Program-made: the position numbers and the translations under genes
The notes under the pieces: generated by a model
Told to the model about the DNA's origin: nothing
The model's input: only the letters and a program-made list of their open reading frames with translations
Databases searched by the model: none
Source: Myxococcota bacterium
GTDB taxonomy: Bacteria > Myxococcota_A > Polyangia > Polyangiales > Houyiibacteriaceae
DNA length: 42,056 nucleotides
Reading direction: 5' to 3'
NCBI GenBank assembly: GCA_039030515.1
Contig: JBCCEA010000033.1
Location: forward strand, 1 to 42,056
In this document: in pieces, positions 12,293 to 22,516 of the stretch
How the letters are laid out: each line of letters begins with the position of its first letter
Position numbering within the stretch: the stretch's first letter is position 1

Positions 12293-12630
12293 AAACCGTA
12301 CTGGGTACGGTAGCTAGCCTGATCATGTCCTGGACAAAACCGTACCAGGTACGGTGGGCAGCCGATGGCTAGCCTGATCATGTCCTGGACGAAACCGTAC
12401 TGGGTACGGTAGCTAGCCTGATCATGTCCTGGACAAAACCGTACCGGGTACGGTGGGCAGCCGATGGCTAGCCTGATCATGTCCTGGACGAAACCGCACT
12501 GGGTACGGTGGTCAGGGTCGGGTGCGTACTGGATACGATATTCCAAACTGGACAAATCCTGGACAAAACCGCACTGGGTACGGTGAGCAGCCTGATCATG
12601 TCTTGGATAGGTCGTACCGGGTACGGTGGT
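12293..12630. repeat. Intergenic repeat cluster with palindromic ACCGTACC(G/A)GGTACGGT units and a 99 bp period
   Basis: Units restart at 12293, 12392 and 12491 and alternate with GCTAGCCTGATCATGTCCTGGAC; shares the GGGTACGGT half with the other clusters. Confidence 0.93.
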
Positions 12631-12639
12631 TGGCGGGCT

Positions 12640-15600
12640 TTACTCCTCAGCCTCTTCCAGGCGCCTCATGCGTCGACGCATCACCTGGATTCTTCGGCTT
12701 GCCTGGCGATGTCCCGGCTCGAGCTCGAGCACTCGGTTCCAGGCGGTAAGCGCTTCGTCATAGAGATCGCGCACGCCAAGAGCGTCACCAAGCAAGAGAT
12801 AGGCTTCAGGATCCTCCGGCGAAAGGCTGAGTGCATGCCGCAACCACGTGTAAGCGCGCTCCTCATACCCGCGGCGGTAGAGCGCCAGAGCAAGTCCGCG
12901 AGCGGCTTCTGAGTTACTGGGGTCGAGTCCCATCACCTCTCGGAAGTAATCTTCCGCGCGTCGCCAATGCCCGGTGCGCAAGCTGCGGTTGGCGGATCCC
13001 AAATACCTCGCGATTTCTATCGCCAGCGCCCGGGAGGAAAGCCGTCGTGCCTTCCGCGAGCGCTCGGGCAACTCGATTGCAGCCGTAGCCGTGGGACCGG
13101 GCGCACCCGAATTGTCGATCGCGTTTGTGGATCCCGCTGCGATGGAATCGCTGGAAACATCGGCGGGATCGGATGGGTCGCTCGACTCGGCAGGCTGCTG
13201 TGCCAACTCGCCTGAAGACCCCTCCTCCTCGGGGGACTCCGGGGCGGATTCCTGGTCGACCTCACTGGGTGCGTTCTCCTCATCGGGCTCTTCAGCGGGG
13301 TCGTTTTCGGTGACCTCGACACTGGAATTGCCGTCGATATCGCTGCTCGGGTCGTCGTTGACGTTAGTATCCACGGCGTTTGCAGCTTGGGCAGCAGGAT
13401 GCTCGCCGGCTTCTTCCTTTTGGACAGCCCCAGCATGCTCGTCGGCGCGATCGGTCTGTGCGGCGGTGCTCCCATGCTCATCGACACGCGCATGCTCGTC
13501 GACAAGAGCGATCGGTGTCGCTCGCTCTTCTGCAGCGGGATGCGGAGCAAGTGGGGTGGTTTCAAATGCGTTTTGCGAAACATCTTCGTCGAGCACGGCG
13601 ATGGAGATCGCTGCGATCACCGCCGAGAGCAAAAGGAGGGCAGCCGCCATACCGAGTAGCTTGCGCAATCGCTCTTGCTGAAACGCCACGGACTCCACCC
13701 GGGGGATGTAGGTGCGTTCAAAGTCAAGAGGGGATAGCTGCTCTGGGGCGGCCTCTGACTCTGGCTCGCCGGAAGAATCGACTCGGGTTGGCTCTTCGTC
13801 GAGATCGCCTATCTTCGGGAACACGCCGCCCGGATACGCATCGGGTTCTTGGGTGATCGCGTCCGGAACATGCCGTGCGATCGCTTCCGCACGAGGTACG
13901 GTCGACTCGCCAGGGAGCATGGTATTGACGGCGGTGGGTTCGTCCGAGAGCAGCGCTTCCGCACCGGGTACAGTGGGCTCGTCAGAAAGCGGCTCGTCAG
14001 AAAGCAACTCTGCGGATCGAGGCCAACTTCGGCTCGAAGGAGCTCCAGGCCAGCGTGGTTGTTTGCCGGCGAGCTCTTGGCTCTCGCCTGGAACCCGCTG
14101 CGCCGACACTGCTTTGCTCGGCGACGGCCCACGGGCCTCGCGAACCACTGGAGGGGGAGCGGCTGGTTTGAGTACGGCTGCAGCCGGTGGAGGTGCGACT
14201 CTTGGAGGCAGTTCCTGAATATCGATCGGAATCGGTGGATCGCTTTCGGCCATTTCTTTCTCTGGACCCGAATCGACAGACTCTTTTGAGCTCGAGGGCC
14301 TAAGGGTGGTGCGACGCTGAACTGGAATACCGATGAGCGTTCGATCTCGACGTTTCTTTTGCGGCGGACGCGAGGAAACGCTCGATTGCGGATTGGCCGT
14401 CCCAATTCCAAGGGGCGAGGTATGCCTCGGTAGATTCGAGAGGAGGCTTGCGTCAGCAGCGTCCATCGGTATCGCTTTCGAAACAGTGATCTCCGCTGAA
14501 TCGTCATTTGCGGTGAAATCTCGGTCCGGACTCGAAACGCTGCCCGGCATTTGCGAAAGCCGTTCCATACTTTGTTGGCCCATCGGCCGCATCGAGGGGT
14601 GTAGCGAAGCAGTGAGGAGCTGGGCTGCCTCTTGAGCCTCTTCCGGTAGGGGAGCAGCCGGCATCGAGGGGCGAATGGGAGGTTCTTCACCGCTCGCGTT
14701 GGCGAGGGTGACATCGAGGGTGGACATGACGTTGGCGGCGGCCGGACTGAGCACGTGTTCGATGCGAACCCGACCGGAAGCGATCTGCAGTAGAGCGGCT
14801 ACTGCCGACATGCCCTCGAGAATCTTGCCGGATTCACGCAGCTCGCAACTCGCTCCAGCAACCAGCTCGCCCTGAATGTCGATTTGGGCGACGGCCCTGC
14901 GATTGTGAACGACGATCCGAAGGGCATGTGCGTCTATCGCTGAGGCCTGAGGGTGTCTCACCGATGCGTGATGAGACTTTGCGAGCGCGCGCAGGAGCCG
15001 AGCCGGTCCAAGGCTTTCGATGCGGGTGTCGAAATGTTCCGCGCGCGCCGTTTGATCGCTGATCATCTGCTCGAGTTCATTCAGCTGAGACAACCGAGCG
15101 ACCATGCTCTCGATCGTAGTGCTCTGCAGACGGTTGCTGGTGACCTCACCCCAGTTGATCGCCAATAAAGAGGCCCATCGAAGACGGAGATCGTGACGCA
15201 TGCCGCGCACCAGCTCGTATCCCTCAGACTCGAGTGCCGTCTGGTCGATGATGAGGACAGCGGGATCCATAGCGGTCGCTCGATCGAGGCCGCGGCCTTC
15301 CAAATCGGAGACAACGACCGAAGCGCCTCGGGCACGCAGCTCCTGTGCAAGGGCATCGGCTCGAGCCGGTTCATTGTCGGCAAGCAAAATCCGCATTCCC
15401 TCGATGGAACCTGCAGGACCTGCAGGACCAGACAGCTCAGCATCGAGCAACTGCAGGGTGCCTCCGGCATGCTCTTCAAACTCGTACCGCAAAACCTCCG
15501 TGCTCCGTACAAGCGGACGGACCCTCGAGACGAAGCCCTCGACGAGTTCTGCGATGGTCCGCCCCTCTCCGAAGACCATGCGGATCGTGGCTTGTTCGTC

Positions 15601-16107
15601 GGCGCCGCGCGTCTTTACCGAGACGATCCCGTTGCGCAGCTCTTTTTTGAGCATCTCAGCAAAGTCGTCCAGGGTAGCTTCACCGAGCTCTCCCGTTCGA
15701 GTACCGGTGCGTTCCGGAATCTCGCGCGCCAACTTGGCGATCTTGCGTGCGATCGAATCGACACTGGCCGAGCGAGCGACCACCGCAGCGGCTCCGAACC
15801 GAAAAGCGCGGAGTCGATCGTCCAGGCGTTCGTCGTCGGCCAAAAGCACGACCGGAAGCACGGACAGCATAGGAGACGCGTGCAGTCGACCGAGTAGATC
15901 GCTGCCACCATCGATCGTCGCATCACCGACGAGCAGGACGAGGTCGGGGGCGGAGGCGACCGCCGATTGGGTAGCGTCGATGACGCTGGCGGTTTCCACC
16001 GCGAGGCCGTAGCGCTGCATAGCCTCGCGGATCCCCGCAGCAAGAGGTTCGCGATCGCCGACCATGAGCACGGTGGGTTCGTCTGCGGGTGGGCTGTAGA
16101 TGTTCAT
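12640..16107 (-). CDS. Membrane-anchored multidomain protein: two degenerate receiver domains, DUF4388-like region, low-complexity linker, TM helix, acidic stalk, C-terminal TPRs
   Basis: PTVLMVGD/PDLVLL and ILLADNE/PAVLIID receiver-like segments; TM LLGMAAALLLLSAVIAAISIAVL; TPR repeats (AEDYFREVMGLDP, ALSLSPEDPEAYLLLGD, VLELEPGH). Start moved to ATG 16107 after a GGGAG RBS. Confidence 0.85.
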   Translation of the reverse strand: MNIYSPPADEPTVLMVGDREPLAAGIREAMQRYGLAVETASVIDATQSAVASAPDLVLLVGDATIDGGSDLLGRLHASPMLSVLPVVLLADDERLDDRLRAFRFGAAAVVARSASVDSIARKIAKLAREIPERTGTRTGELGEATLDDFAEMLKKELRNGIVSVKTRGADEQATIRMVFGEGRTIAELVEGFVSRVRPLVRSTEVLRYEFEEHAGGTLQLLDAELSGPAGPAGSIEGMRILLADNEPARADALAQELRARGASVVVSDLEGRGLDRATAMDPAVLIIDQTALESEGYELVRGMRHDLRLRWASLLAINWGEVTSNRLQSTTIESMVARLSQLNELEQMISDQTARAEHFDTRIESLGPARLLRALAKSHHASVRHPQASAIDAHALRIVVHNRRAVAQIDIQGELVAGASCELRESGKILEGMSAVAALLQIASGRVRIEHVLSPAAANVMSTLDVTLANASGEEPPIRPSMPAAPLPEEAQEAAQLLTASLHPSMRPMGQQSMERLSQMPGSVSSPDRDFTANDDSAEITVSKAIPMDAADASLLSNLPRHTSPLGIGTANPQSSVSSRPPQKKRRDRTLIGIPVQRRTTLRPSSSKESVDSGPEKEMAESDPPIPIDIQELPPRVAPPPAAAVLKPAAPPPVVREARGPSPSKAVSAQRVPGESQELAGKQPRWPGAPSSRSWPRSAELLSDEPLSDEPTVPGAEALLSDEPTAVNTMLPGESTVPRAEAIARHVPDAITQEPDAYPGGVFPKIGDLDEEPTRVDSSGEPESEAAPEQLSPLDFERTYIPRVESVAFQQERLRKLLGMAAALLLLSAVIAAISIAVLDEDVSQNAFETTPLAPHPAAEERATPIALVDEHARVDEHGSTAAQTDRADEHAGAVQKEEAGEHPAAQAANAVDTNVNDDPSSDIDGNSSVEVTENDPAEEPDEENAPSEVDQESAPESPEEEGSSGELAQQPAESSDPSDPADVSSDSIAAGSTNAIDNSGAPGPTATAAIELPERSRKARRLSSRALAIEIARYLGSANRSLRTGHWRRAEDYFREVMGLDPSNSEAARGLALALYRRGYEERAYTWLRHALSLSPEDPEAYLLLGDALGVRDLYDEALTAWNRVLELEPGHRQASRRIQVMRRRMRRLEEAEE

Positions 16108-16324
16108 GCAGCTCCCAGATTGTTCCCCAAGTCGCCGTACAGATCGAGTTGTTGACGTCAACCCGGGTCAAGAACCTCCTGGAAGAATCGTCTGCGATAC
16201 TATTTGAATGGGCGGCCACCGTGCATCTAGGTCGGACAAACCTGCACCTGGGTCCGACTAACGACCACCAAAGGAGGCCTCCGGTCGGCCGACTTCAGGC
16301 AGGGACGTGTGCTAGATCTCCCAG

Positions 16325-17503
16325 ATGGCGAGCCTGCCGCGTTTGTCGGCACCACCTCCAGACATCACTGTGCCTTTGCCCGGTTCCAACACGGCACGGG
16401 CGGTCGTCGGTCTGGCGCTCAGAAAGCTGCTCATGGACTTGCGATCGATGAGCGGACTTACGGAGCTCGATTCGGATGTTCTTGAATCCTATCGAGAGCT
16501 GCGTTCTCTATTTGCGCGCATCGGAACCACCCACCCTGGCGCCCTGCCCTCCCTGCTGAGGAAGCCTACGATCGCGGCTCCATTGCGGTGCTTGCGCAAC
16601 CACACCCCCTGCAGACTGAACCGCAGTGCGCTCCTGCTCGAGTTCGTATCGCAATCTCTTTTTGAGCTCTATCTCCACGGGGCGCTGTCGGCGGGAGTTC
16701 GGCTGAAACGGGCTGCACCAATTCTGATCGGGCTGTCCCGAGGCGTCGTTGTGCACGTTCCGGCAGAGGCAGAGGTGATCTTTGGTCCAGACGCGCTGCG
16801 GGTTGCCGGTACGGACCAAGATCTCGATTCGCTACCCAAGGTGCACCACGCGGTCGATCAGGGCATTTGGCTGTCCGACGTCGACAACAATCCACTTTCG
16901 GATCTAGAGGCCCACCCTGAAAAATCAGGCAGTCATTCGAGCTATGGAGAGGCTCTCCCCGACGTGTGGAATGAGGCCCTGCAGCAGGCTTGCCTCGAAA
17001 TAAAGACGCATTTACCGGATCTCTACAACGAGCTGCCCTACGTGCTGTCGCTCTGTGTGCCCGTGGGTACCGATGAGCAACGCCATCTTTCCGCCTCATA
17101 CCGCGAAGCTGTGGGCACCATCTATTTGAGTTTACATCCCAACCTGCAGACGATGACCGAGGCGCTGATTCATGAATTCAGCCACAACAAGCTCCATGCC
17201 CTGCTCGAACTAGACCCTCTGCTAGAAAACGGCTCTGCAGCAGAGTTCGCATCCCCGGTGCGACCCGACCCTCGACCGCTCCTCGGAGTATTGCTTGCCG
17301 TCCACGCATTTCTACCGGTGGAGCGCTACTACCGGAGCATGCTCGATCGCGGATTGCAGGTATCGCCGGGCGGGATAGAGAGACGTTTCGAGGAGATCAA
17401 GCGCACCAACCGCGAGGGGGCAAAGACGCTCCTTACGCACGCGGTCCCCACTCCAATCGGACGCGGCGTTCTCGATGAAATCGAGCGGCTTACTTCGATT
17501 TGA
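16325..17503 (+). CDS. HExxH-motif peptide-modification protein (aKG-HExxH family)
   Basis: SAS...GTIYLS, EALIHEFSHNKL, SPVRPDPRPLLGVLLAVHAF, typical of the RiPP-associated HExxH domain. Confidence 0.88.
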   Translation: MASLPRLSAPPPDITVPLPGSNTARAVVGLALRKLLMDLRSMSGLTELDSDVLESYRELRSLFARIGTTHPGALPSLLRKPTIAAPLRCLRNHTPCRLNRSALLLEFVSQSLFELYLHGALSAGVRLKRAAPILIGLSRGVVVHVPAEAEVIFGPDALRVAGTDQDLDSLPKVHHAVDQGIWLSDVDNNPLSDLEAHPEKSGSHSSYGEALPDVWNEALQQACLEIKTHLPDLYNELPYVLSLCVPVGTDEQRHLSASYREAVGTIYLSLHPNLQTMTEALIHEFSHNKLHALLELDPLLENGSAAEFASPVRPDPRPLLGVLLAVHAFLPVERYYRSMLDRGLQVSPGGIERRFEEIKRTNREGAKTLLTHAVPTPIGRGVLDEIERLTSI

Positions 17504-17681
17504 CGCTTCTCGATCGAGCGGAGCGTTTTTTCTTGCTGGAAATAAAAAAGAAACATTGATGCCGCATGGTGGACCTTTTCTGTTTGTGGATTCCACCGGC
17601 CAGCCTGCACGCCATCGCTGATCTCTACTTAGCGTTCGGAGCAAACTATAAGTCTGTGGTAGTTCGCTTGGGATAGAGTCG

Positions 17682-18980
17682 ATGCAACAAGTACTGGACA
17701 GCGTTTGGGTGCTCGTATGTGCCTTTCTTGTGTTTTTCATGCATGCGGGTTTTGCGCTCGTTGAGAGTGGCTTTGTCCGCCGGAAAAACGTGGTCATGGT
17801 CTTGCTGAAAAACGTCTCGGTGGTGGCGATCGGCTCTATCGGATTTTACCTAGCCGGTTACGGATTCATGTTTGGAGAGGGCAATGCGTTCATCGGACTG
17901 AGCATGTTTGCTCCAGCTTCGGGGGAGGATGTCGGAACGCTGCCGCTGTTTGTCTTTTTGTTCTTTCAGCTGATGTTCGCGGCGACGTCATGCACCATCG
18001 TGAGCGGGGCGATCGCAGAACGGTCGCGGCTCACGACTTTTTTCATCTTTTGCGCCCTTGCGCTCACCTTTATCTACCCGGTCGTCGGTCACTGGGTGTG
18101 GGGTGGAGGTTGGCTGGCTTCTTGGGGCTTTTATGATTTTGCGGGAAGCACCGTAGTACATGCGGTCGGCGGCGGAATGGCACTCGCTGGGGTGCTGGTG
18201 ATCGGTCCTCGACTCGACCGCTACACTGAATCCGGCAAACCAAGGCTAATGCCGGCCCACTCGTTTCCCTTTGCCGCACTCGGCGTGCTGATTCTTTGGC
18301 TCGGCTGGTTTGGGTTCAACGGAGGAAGCACTTTGACGGCGAGCCCTGTGGACATCGGGCTTGTGATCTTATCGACCAACCTTGCCGCGTCTGCAGGGTT
18401 TCTGACCGCACTCATCCATGCCAAGTTGCGTATTGGGACACTCGATCTTTCGATGGCGCTCAACGGTGCGCTCGCCGGCCTTGTCAGCATCACTGCAGGC
18501 GCCAACGCGATCACTCCCGTCGAATCGTTGGTGGTTGGCTCGATAGGCGGTTTGCTTGTTGTCGAAGGGGTGATCCTTTTGGATCGCTTCCAAATCGATG
18601 ACCCGGTGGGCGCAATCCCCGTGCACGGCGTCTGCGGGCTGTTCGGCACGATCGTGGTGGGGCTGCTTGGACAGGCTGAAGGAGCGCGAGGCGTACTTCA
18701 CGGCGGGGAGCTCAGCTTTCTCGGCGTGCAAATCCTTGGCTCGGTGCTCGCGACTGGGTTTGCGTTTGTTGCAGCGAGTGCTTTGTGGTTGGCGCTGCGG
18801 ACCCTGCCCGGAGGTGTTCGTGTGAGTGAAGATCATGAGCGCGAAGGCCTCGACCTTGCTGAATGTGGCGTCATGGCTTACGGCGAGGACCGGTCAGGCT
18901 TCAGATCGTCGGCAATGCGAGAGGCGATTACTTCGCCTAAACTCGAAGTGAAGGAAGCGATAGAACGCATGGGTGCCTAA
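17682..18980 (+). CDS. amt: Ammonium transporter (Amt family)
   Basis: FMHAGFALVESG, FQLMFA, SGAIAER, HWVWGGGWL, DFAGSTVVH, LWLGWFGFNGGS, NGALAGLVSITA, DDPVGAIPVHG. Confidence 0.97.
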   Translation: MQQVLDSVWVLVCAFLVFFMHAGFALVESGFVRRKNVVMVLLKNVSVVAIGSIGFYLAGYGFMFGEGNAFIGLSMFAPASGEDVGTLPLFVFLFFQLMFAATSCTIVSGAIAERSRLTTFFIFCALALTFIYPVVGHWVWGGGWLASWGFYDFAGSTVVHAVGGGMALAGVLVIGPRLDRYTESGKPRLMPAHSFPFAALGVLILWLGWFGFNGGSTLTASPVDIGLVILSTNLAASAGFLTALIHAKLRIGTLDLSMALNGALAGLVSITAGANAITPVESLVVGSIGGLLVVEGVILLDRFQIDDPVGAIPVHGVCGLFGTIVVGLLGQAEGARGVLHGGELSFLGVQILGSVLATGFAFVAASALWLALRTLPGGVRVSEDHEREGLDLAECGVMAYGEDRSGFRSSAMREAITSPKLEVKEAIERMGA

Positions 18981-19033
18981 GGTGCCTCCATCGCGATCTT
19001 CTCGGTCCCAGGCTATAGACTCGGGGATCCGCT

Positions 19034-20089
19034 CTAACTCACAGCTCGGAACATACCCAGCAACCCTTGGCGCCAACGTCCATCATGACCACGACGATGG
19101 GGCATGTAGCGTCCGTATAGTCGATACCAGTCAAACGTGCGCGTCAGCGCATCAAGGTTGCTGAAACGAGGGACAAAGCCGAGAGTCTCTTCGATTTTGC
19201 TGGTATCGACGATGTGGTCTCGATCGCATGTTTCGTAGACCCAGGGATAAAGCGGCGAAAGTCCCATCCGATAGAACAAACGCAACAGATTTTGCGTTGC
19301 TTTTGCTGGAACTGGCCGAACGGAAGCCCCGGTTCCAGCGTACATACAGAGGCTTGAGAGATCTTGCAGCACAGTGCCAAATGATTTCGCTCCAACATTG
19401 AATATTCCTGCGGCAAACTCAGAAGCGTTTGCCAGCTGCCAGACCGCTTCAACGAGGTCGTCTACATCGAGTAGCTGATAGCGATTTTGACCCGCCCCGA
19501 GAATAGGAACTTTCTTGCCGGCAAGCACCCAATCGCAGAGTAAAGAAAAAAGCCCAAGACGCCCGGGTCCGATGAAGGTCTTGGGCCGCACCAGTGAAAT
19601 CTTGGCACCGCGATCGAGCGCACTCTTGCAGTGGTTCTCGGCTTCAACTTTGGCAAGAGCGTAGGGGCCATAGATTCCAGCAGTTGGCGCGTCTTCTTTG
19701 TGGGGCCCAGCTGCATACGGGCTGTAGACGGCGGTAGTACTGAGCACGATGCAGTGTAGTCTGCGCTCCTCAGCATAGCGTACCGCCTGGAGCGTTCCTT
19801 GAGAAATTACATGTTGCACGCGACTTTTTGGGTGAAGCGGTAGCGCGGTCGCGGCATGGACGACGATGTCTACGCCTGGAACCTGACTGCGATAGATTGC
19901 AGGATCGGTGACGCTGCCCTGGATGTACTGGATTGGAGTCGTATCTTTCTGTGAAGCGATATCGAGTACGACGACCTGCTGACCGAGTTTCTGCAGCGCG
20001 CTGCATATTCTTCGACCAAAGAAACCGGCTCCGCCAGTGACCAGCCATCGTCTGCTGTTGGTTGGTGTCGTCATGGTTTGTTCATCCAC
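19034..20089 (-). CDS. NAD-dependent epimerase/dehydratase (extended SDR)
   Basis: LVTGGAGFFG, VVHAA, LSTTAVY, YALAK (YxxxK), RPKTFIGPG. Confidence 0.92.
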   Translation of the reverse strand: MDEQTMTTPTNSRRWLVTGGAGFFGRRICSALQKLGQQVVVLDIASQKDTTPIQYIQGSVTDPAIYRSQVPGVDIVVHAATALPLHPKSRVQHVISQGTLQAVRYAEERRLHCIVLSTTAVYSPYAAGPHKEDAPTAGIYGPYALAKVEAENHCKSALDRGAKISLVRPKTFIGPGRLGLFSLLCDWVLAGKKVPILGAGQNRYQLLDVDDLVEAVWQLANASEFAAGIFNVGAKSFGTVLQDLSSLCMYAGTGASVRPVPAKATQNLLRLFYRMGLSPLYPWVYETCDRDHIVDTSKIEETLGFVPRFSNLDALTRTFDWYRLYGRYMPHRRGHDGRWRQGLLGMFRAVS

Positions 20090-20135
20090 AAGTCAAAACC
20101 TACCGGGTTTCTGGTTCAACTGCAGGGTTTCTGGT

Positions 20136-22436
20136 TCACTTTGTGGGCCGAGTCCGTGGTGGCACAACCTGCAAGAGGCGAACAGAAATCGTTTCGGTTT
20201 CGTAGTCTAGATGCTCCAGAGAAGGCCGGGCCGGCAGTGTTGTTTGGGCTAGGGTGCGCATCGGCGGCAGTCTCACGGATAGAGAGCAGGGCATGATCGA
20301 GGCAGGATGCTCTTGTAAACCAGCATGATATTCCGTTGCTTCTTCTAATAAGGCATCGGATTGTCGATCGAGGGCACAAATCGATCCTTCAAAAACATAA
20401 GTGTTTTCTTGCGGCCTCAGATGCATTTGCTGGTCAAGCTGGATGCGGGAGCGTGGATCGTACTCGCAATCATAAATGGGCGGACGCCGGTAGTGCGCAC
20501 GGGCGTCGAAACGCTCCACGTAGGCCACGGTCGCATTTTTGGGCAACCTTTGGCGCTGAGTGCGAAACCATTGTTGTTCGAGCACATCGGTGGGTAGCGT
20601 GAGGGCGTAGCTTCGTGCGTAGATGCTGAACAAACTCAGCACAACAAGCGAGATAGTGAGTACGAGTGTTGTGGCTCTGCCGTACCCGTAACTCGGTGCA
20701 TAGAATGCGTGGTACGAGACTTTATCCTCGCGAAGTGCCTTTCGAAATGGGGAGAGAAGGTAGACTAAGAGTTTCTCAAGAACACCGGCAAAAAAAGGTA
20801 GAGCTATTGGAACGTAGATCAGCCCGTGGGCGCTTGTGAACGTGGGCAATAGCCTCACGTAGGCCAAAGGGATGTTGGAAACACTGGCGATGAGTAACAT
20901 TACGCCAAAGCGCCCTAGAATATACGGATCGCGTCGCAAACGTAGGTGGAGAAAGCCTAAGACGACCAGAAGTCCGCTGCACAGTAGAAACGAGAACGCA
21001 TGAAAGCTCGAATCATCCGGAACATGAAGTAAGAGAGCTGTGACCAGTCGAGAAGCGATCGGCCGGCTCATTGCGTGTTGGGCAATCGGAACTTGCGTTG
21101 ACGCTGCGTATATCGGGAAGGCGAGTGCAGCAGCAAAACACATGAGGACGACCCCGAGTGCGCAGCACCGCAAGAGCCGATGTCGAACACCGACGCGATC
21201 CGTAAGCGGCAATAGCGCAAGCAGAGTACAGGCCGGCCAAGCTAGGGGGTGTATCCGTGCGGCGAGACAGGCCAAGAGACTACCGATGACCCAGAGCAGT
21301 CGATGTGGCCACTCATGCAACCGTTTGGATCCGGTGATGAGACATGCCGTGGAGAAGCAAAGGATACTGGGAATGAAGCTGAAGTAAGACTCACTTTGGG
21401 CGACGCGTCCGCTTACCGGGTCGAGGATCAGCCCCAAACACAAAGCCACCGCGATCGTTTTGCGGGCGCCAACAGCGCGACAGGAAATGTATGCTGCAGC
21501 GATTGAGAGGGCCGAGAGCAGAGCACTAAAGCCGAAGACTAGCGATTCTAAGTTGCTGGGATCGTCTGCAAGAGCGAAGCGACGCAGCGGGTCTACCCCG
21601 TACAGCCAGCGCAAGAGCTCCGCGTATCCAGGGCCATAGGGGCTTTGTCCACAAACGGCATATTCAACCCAAAGTGGACCTTGACCATTTTGATGAAAAA
21701 ACGCCCAAGGAAACAAAAGCGCTCGCGTGACAAAAGCAAAAGCGGGAAGGAGCACAATCCAACCTACGTCCCACTTGGAGTTGAGAAATGAGAGAGACTC
21801 GCTGCTTGGGCCAGCATCATCACGTTGTGTTGTCGATTGGACGCTGTGGTTTCGGATAGGGCTGTGGTTTCGGATAGGGCTGTGGTTTCGGATAGAAAGG
21901 CGCGCAGGTTTCCAAACCAAGAAAGAAACGATGAGCACTACAATGAGTAGGGGAAGCCAGGGATGGCCATGACTTTGTGGTGGCTCGGTTTGAATCGAGG
22001 CATCAGCTGGGTCTGTAGAACTGAACAACGCTGTAGGCGCTTGATCCCAGTTACCCATTTCTGTCTCAACGCATCGTACTAAGTTTCCAAATACGGCTCG
22101 CGTATTTTCGGGTGCTCGGCGCCAGTCCTCAAACTCTCCGATAGGACTCAGCCCTAAAGAACCTACTCTGCGAAAACCACTGTTCCTGCGGATATCGACA
22201 CGCACTTCGGAAGCGCCCTTGTGCATTCCTTCAACGACGATATGTTCTGAAGAACAGCGCTTTAGTCGATAACTTTGAGTCTCGCTTGCACAGGACTCGA
22301 CAAGTTGTTTCGCTGCTTCCGTGCAGTGCTCTTGAGCGATGACGGGTGCGGCAAGAAGCAAAGAGGTAACTGCCAGAAACCAGGCTAGGAGCTGGCAGAG
22401 CCGATGGCTGTATAAGCAGAGCGCCGGAGAACACAC
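20136..22436 (-). CDS. Large polytopic membrane protein with an N-terminal exported domain; possibly GT-C glycosyltransferase-like
   Basis: Signal-like N-terminus, Cys-containing soluble domain, many hydrophobic segments, loop FFHQNGQGPLW...YGPGY, soluble C-terminal domain. Confidence 0.7.
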   Translation of the reverse strand: MCSPALCLYSHRLCQLLAWFLAVTSLLLAAPVIAQEHCTEAAKQLVESCASETQSYRLKRCSSEHIVVEGMHKGASEVRVDIRRNSGFRRVGSLGLSPIGEFEDWRRAPENTRAVFGNLVRCVETEMGNWDQAPTALFSSTDPADASIQTEPPQSHGHPWLPLLIVVLIVSFLVWKPARLSIRNHSPIRNHSPIRNHSVQSTTQRDDAGPSSESLSFLNSKWDVGWIVLLPAFAFVTRALLFPWAFFHQNGQGPLWVEYAVCGQSPYGPGYAELLRWLYGVDPLRRFALADDPSNLESLVFGFSALLSALSIAAAYISCRAVGARKTIAVALCLGLILDPVSGRVAQSESYFSFIPSILCFSTACLITGSKRLHEWPHRLLWVIGSLLACLAARIHPLAWPACTLLALLPLTDRVGVRHRLLRCCALGVVLMCFAAALAFPIYAASTQVPIAQHAMSRPIASRLVTALLLHVPDDSSFHAFSFLLCSGLLVVLGFLHLRLRRDPYILGRFGVMLLIASVSNIPLAYVRLLPTFTSAHGLIYVPIALPFFAGVLEKLLVYLLSPFRKALREDKVSYHAFYAPSYGYGRATTLVLTISLVVLSLFSIYARSYALTLPTDVLEQQWFRTQRQRLPKNATVAYVERFDARAHYRRPPIYDCEYDPRSRIQLDQQMHLRPQENTYVFEGSICALDRQSDALLEEATEYHAGLQEHPASIMPCSLSVRLPPMRTLAQTTLPARPSLEHLDYETETISVRLLQVVPPRTRPTK
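21843..21896. repeat. Three in-frame copies of an 18 bp tandem repeat (encodes IRNHSP)
   Basis: GCTGTGGTTTCGGATAG(G/A) at 21843, 21861 and 21879. Confidence 0.95.
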
Positions 22437-22516
22437 GAGACGCTTATTCTATGGCGCTTTGCGGAAGATACCATGCGAGACATTCCGGAAGCGTTGTGTC
22501 AGCCTCCGGTGTCGCC

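Noticed and set aside
12268..12555. Short ORFs inside repeat clusters (also 24418-24715, 41215-41484, 41682-41888)
   Set aside because: Their YPVR/RTRSG periodic peptides are just translations of the DNA repeat.
12974..16043. Long antisense and alternate-frame ORFs over the 12640-16107 gene
   Set aside because: Shadow ORFs expected in GC-rich coding DNA; no motifs.
16228..16260. GTCGGAC/GTCCGAC inverted repeat in a divergent promoter region
   Set aside because: Only 7 bp arms in GC-rich DNA, compatible with chance.
17504..17681. Nitrogen-regulated promoter or glnK next to amt
   Set aside because: I found no convincing -24/-12 element, and no P-II ORF is adjacent.
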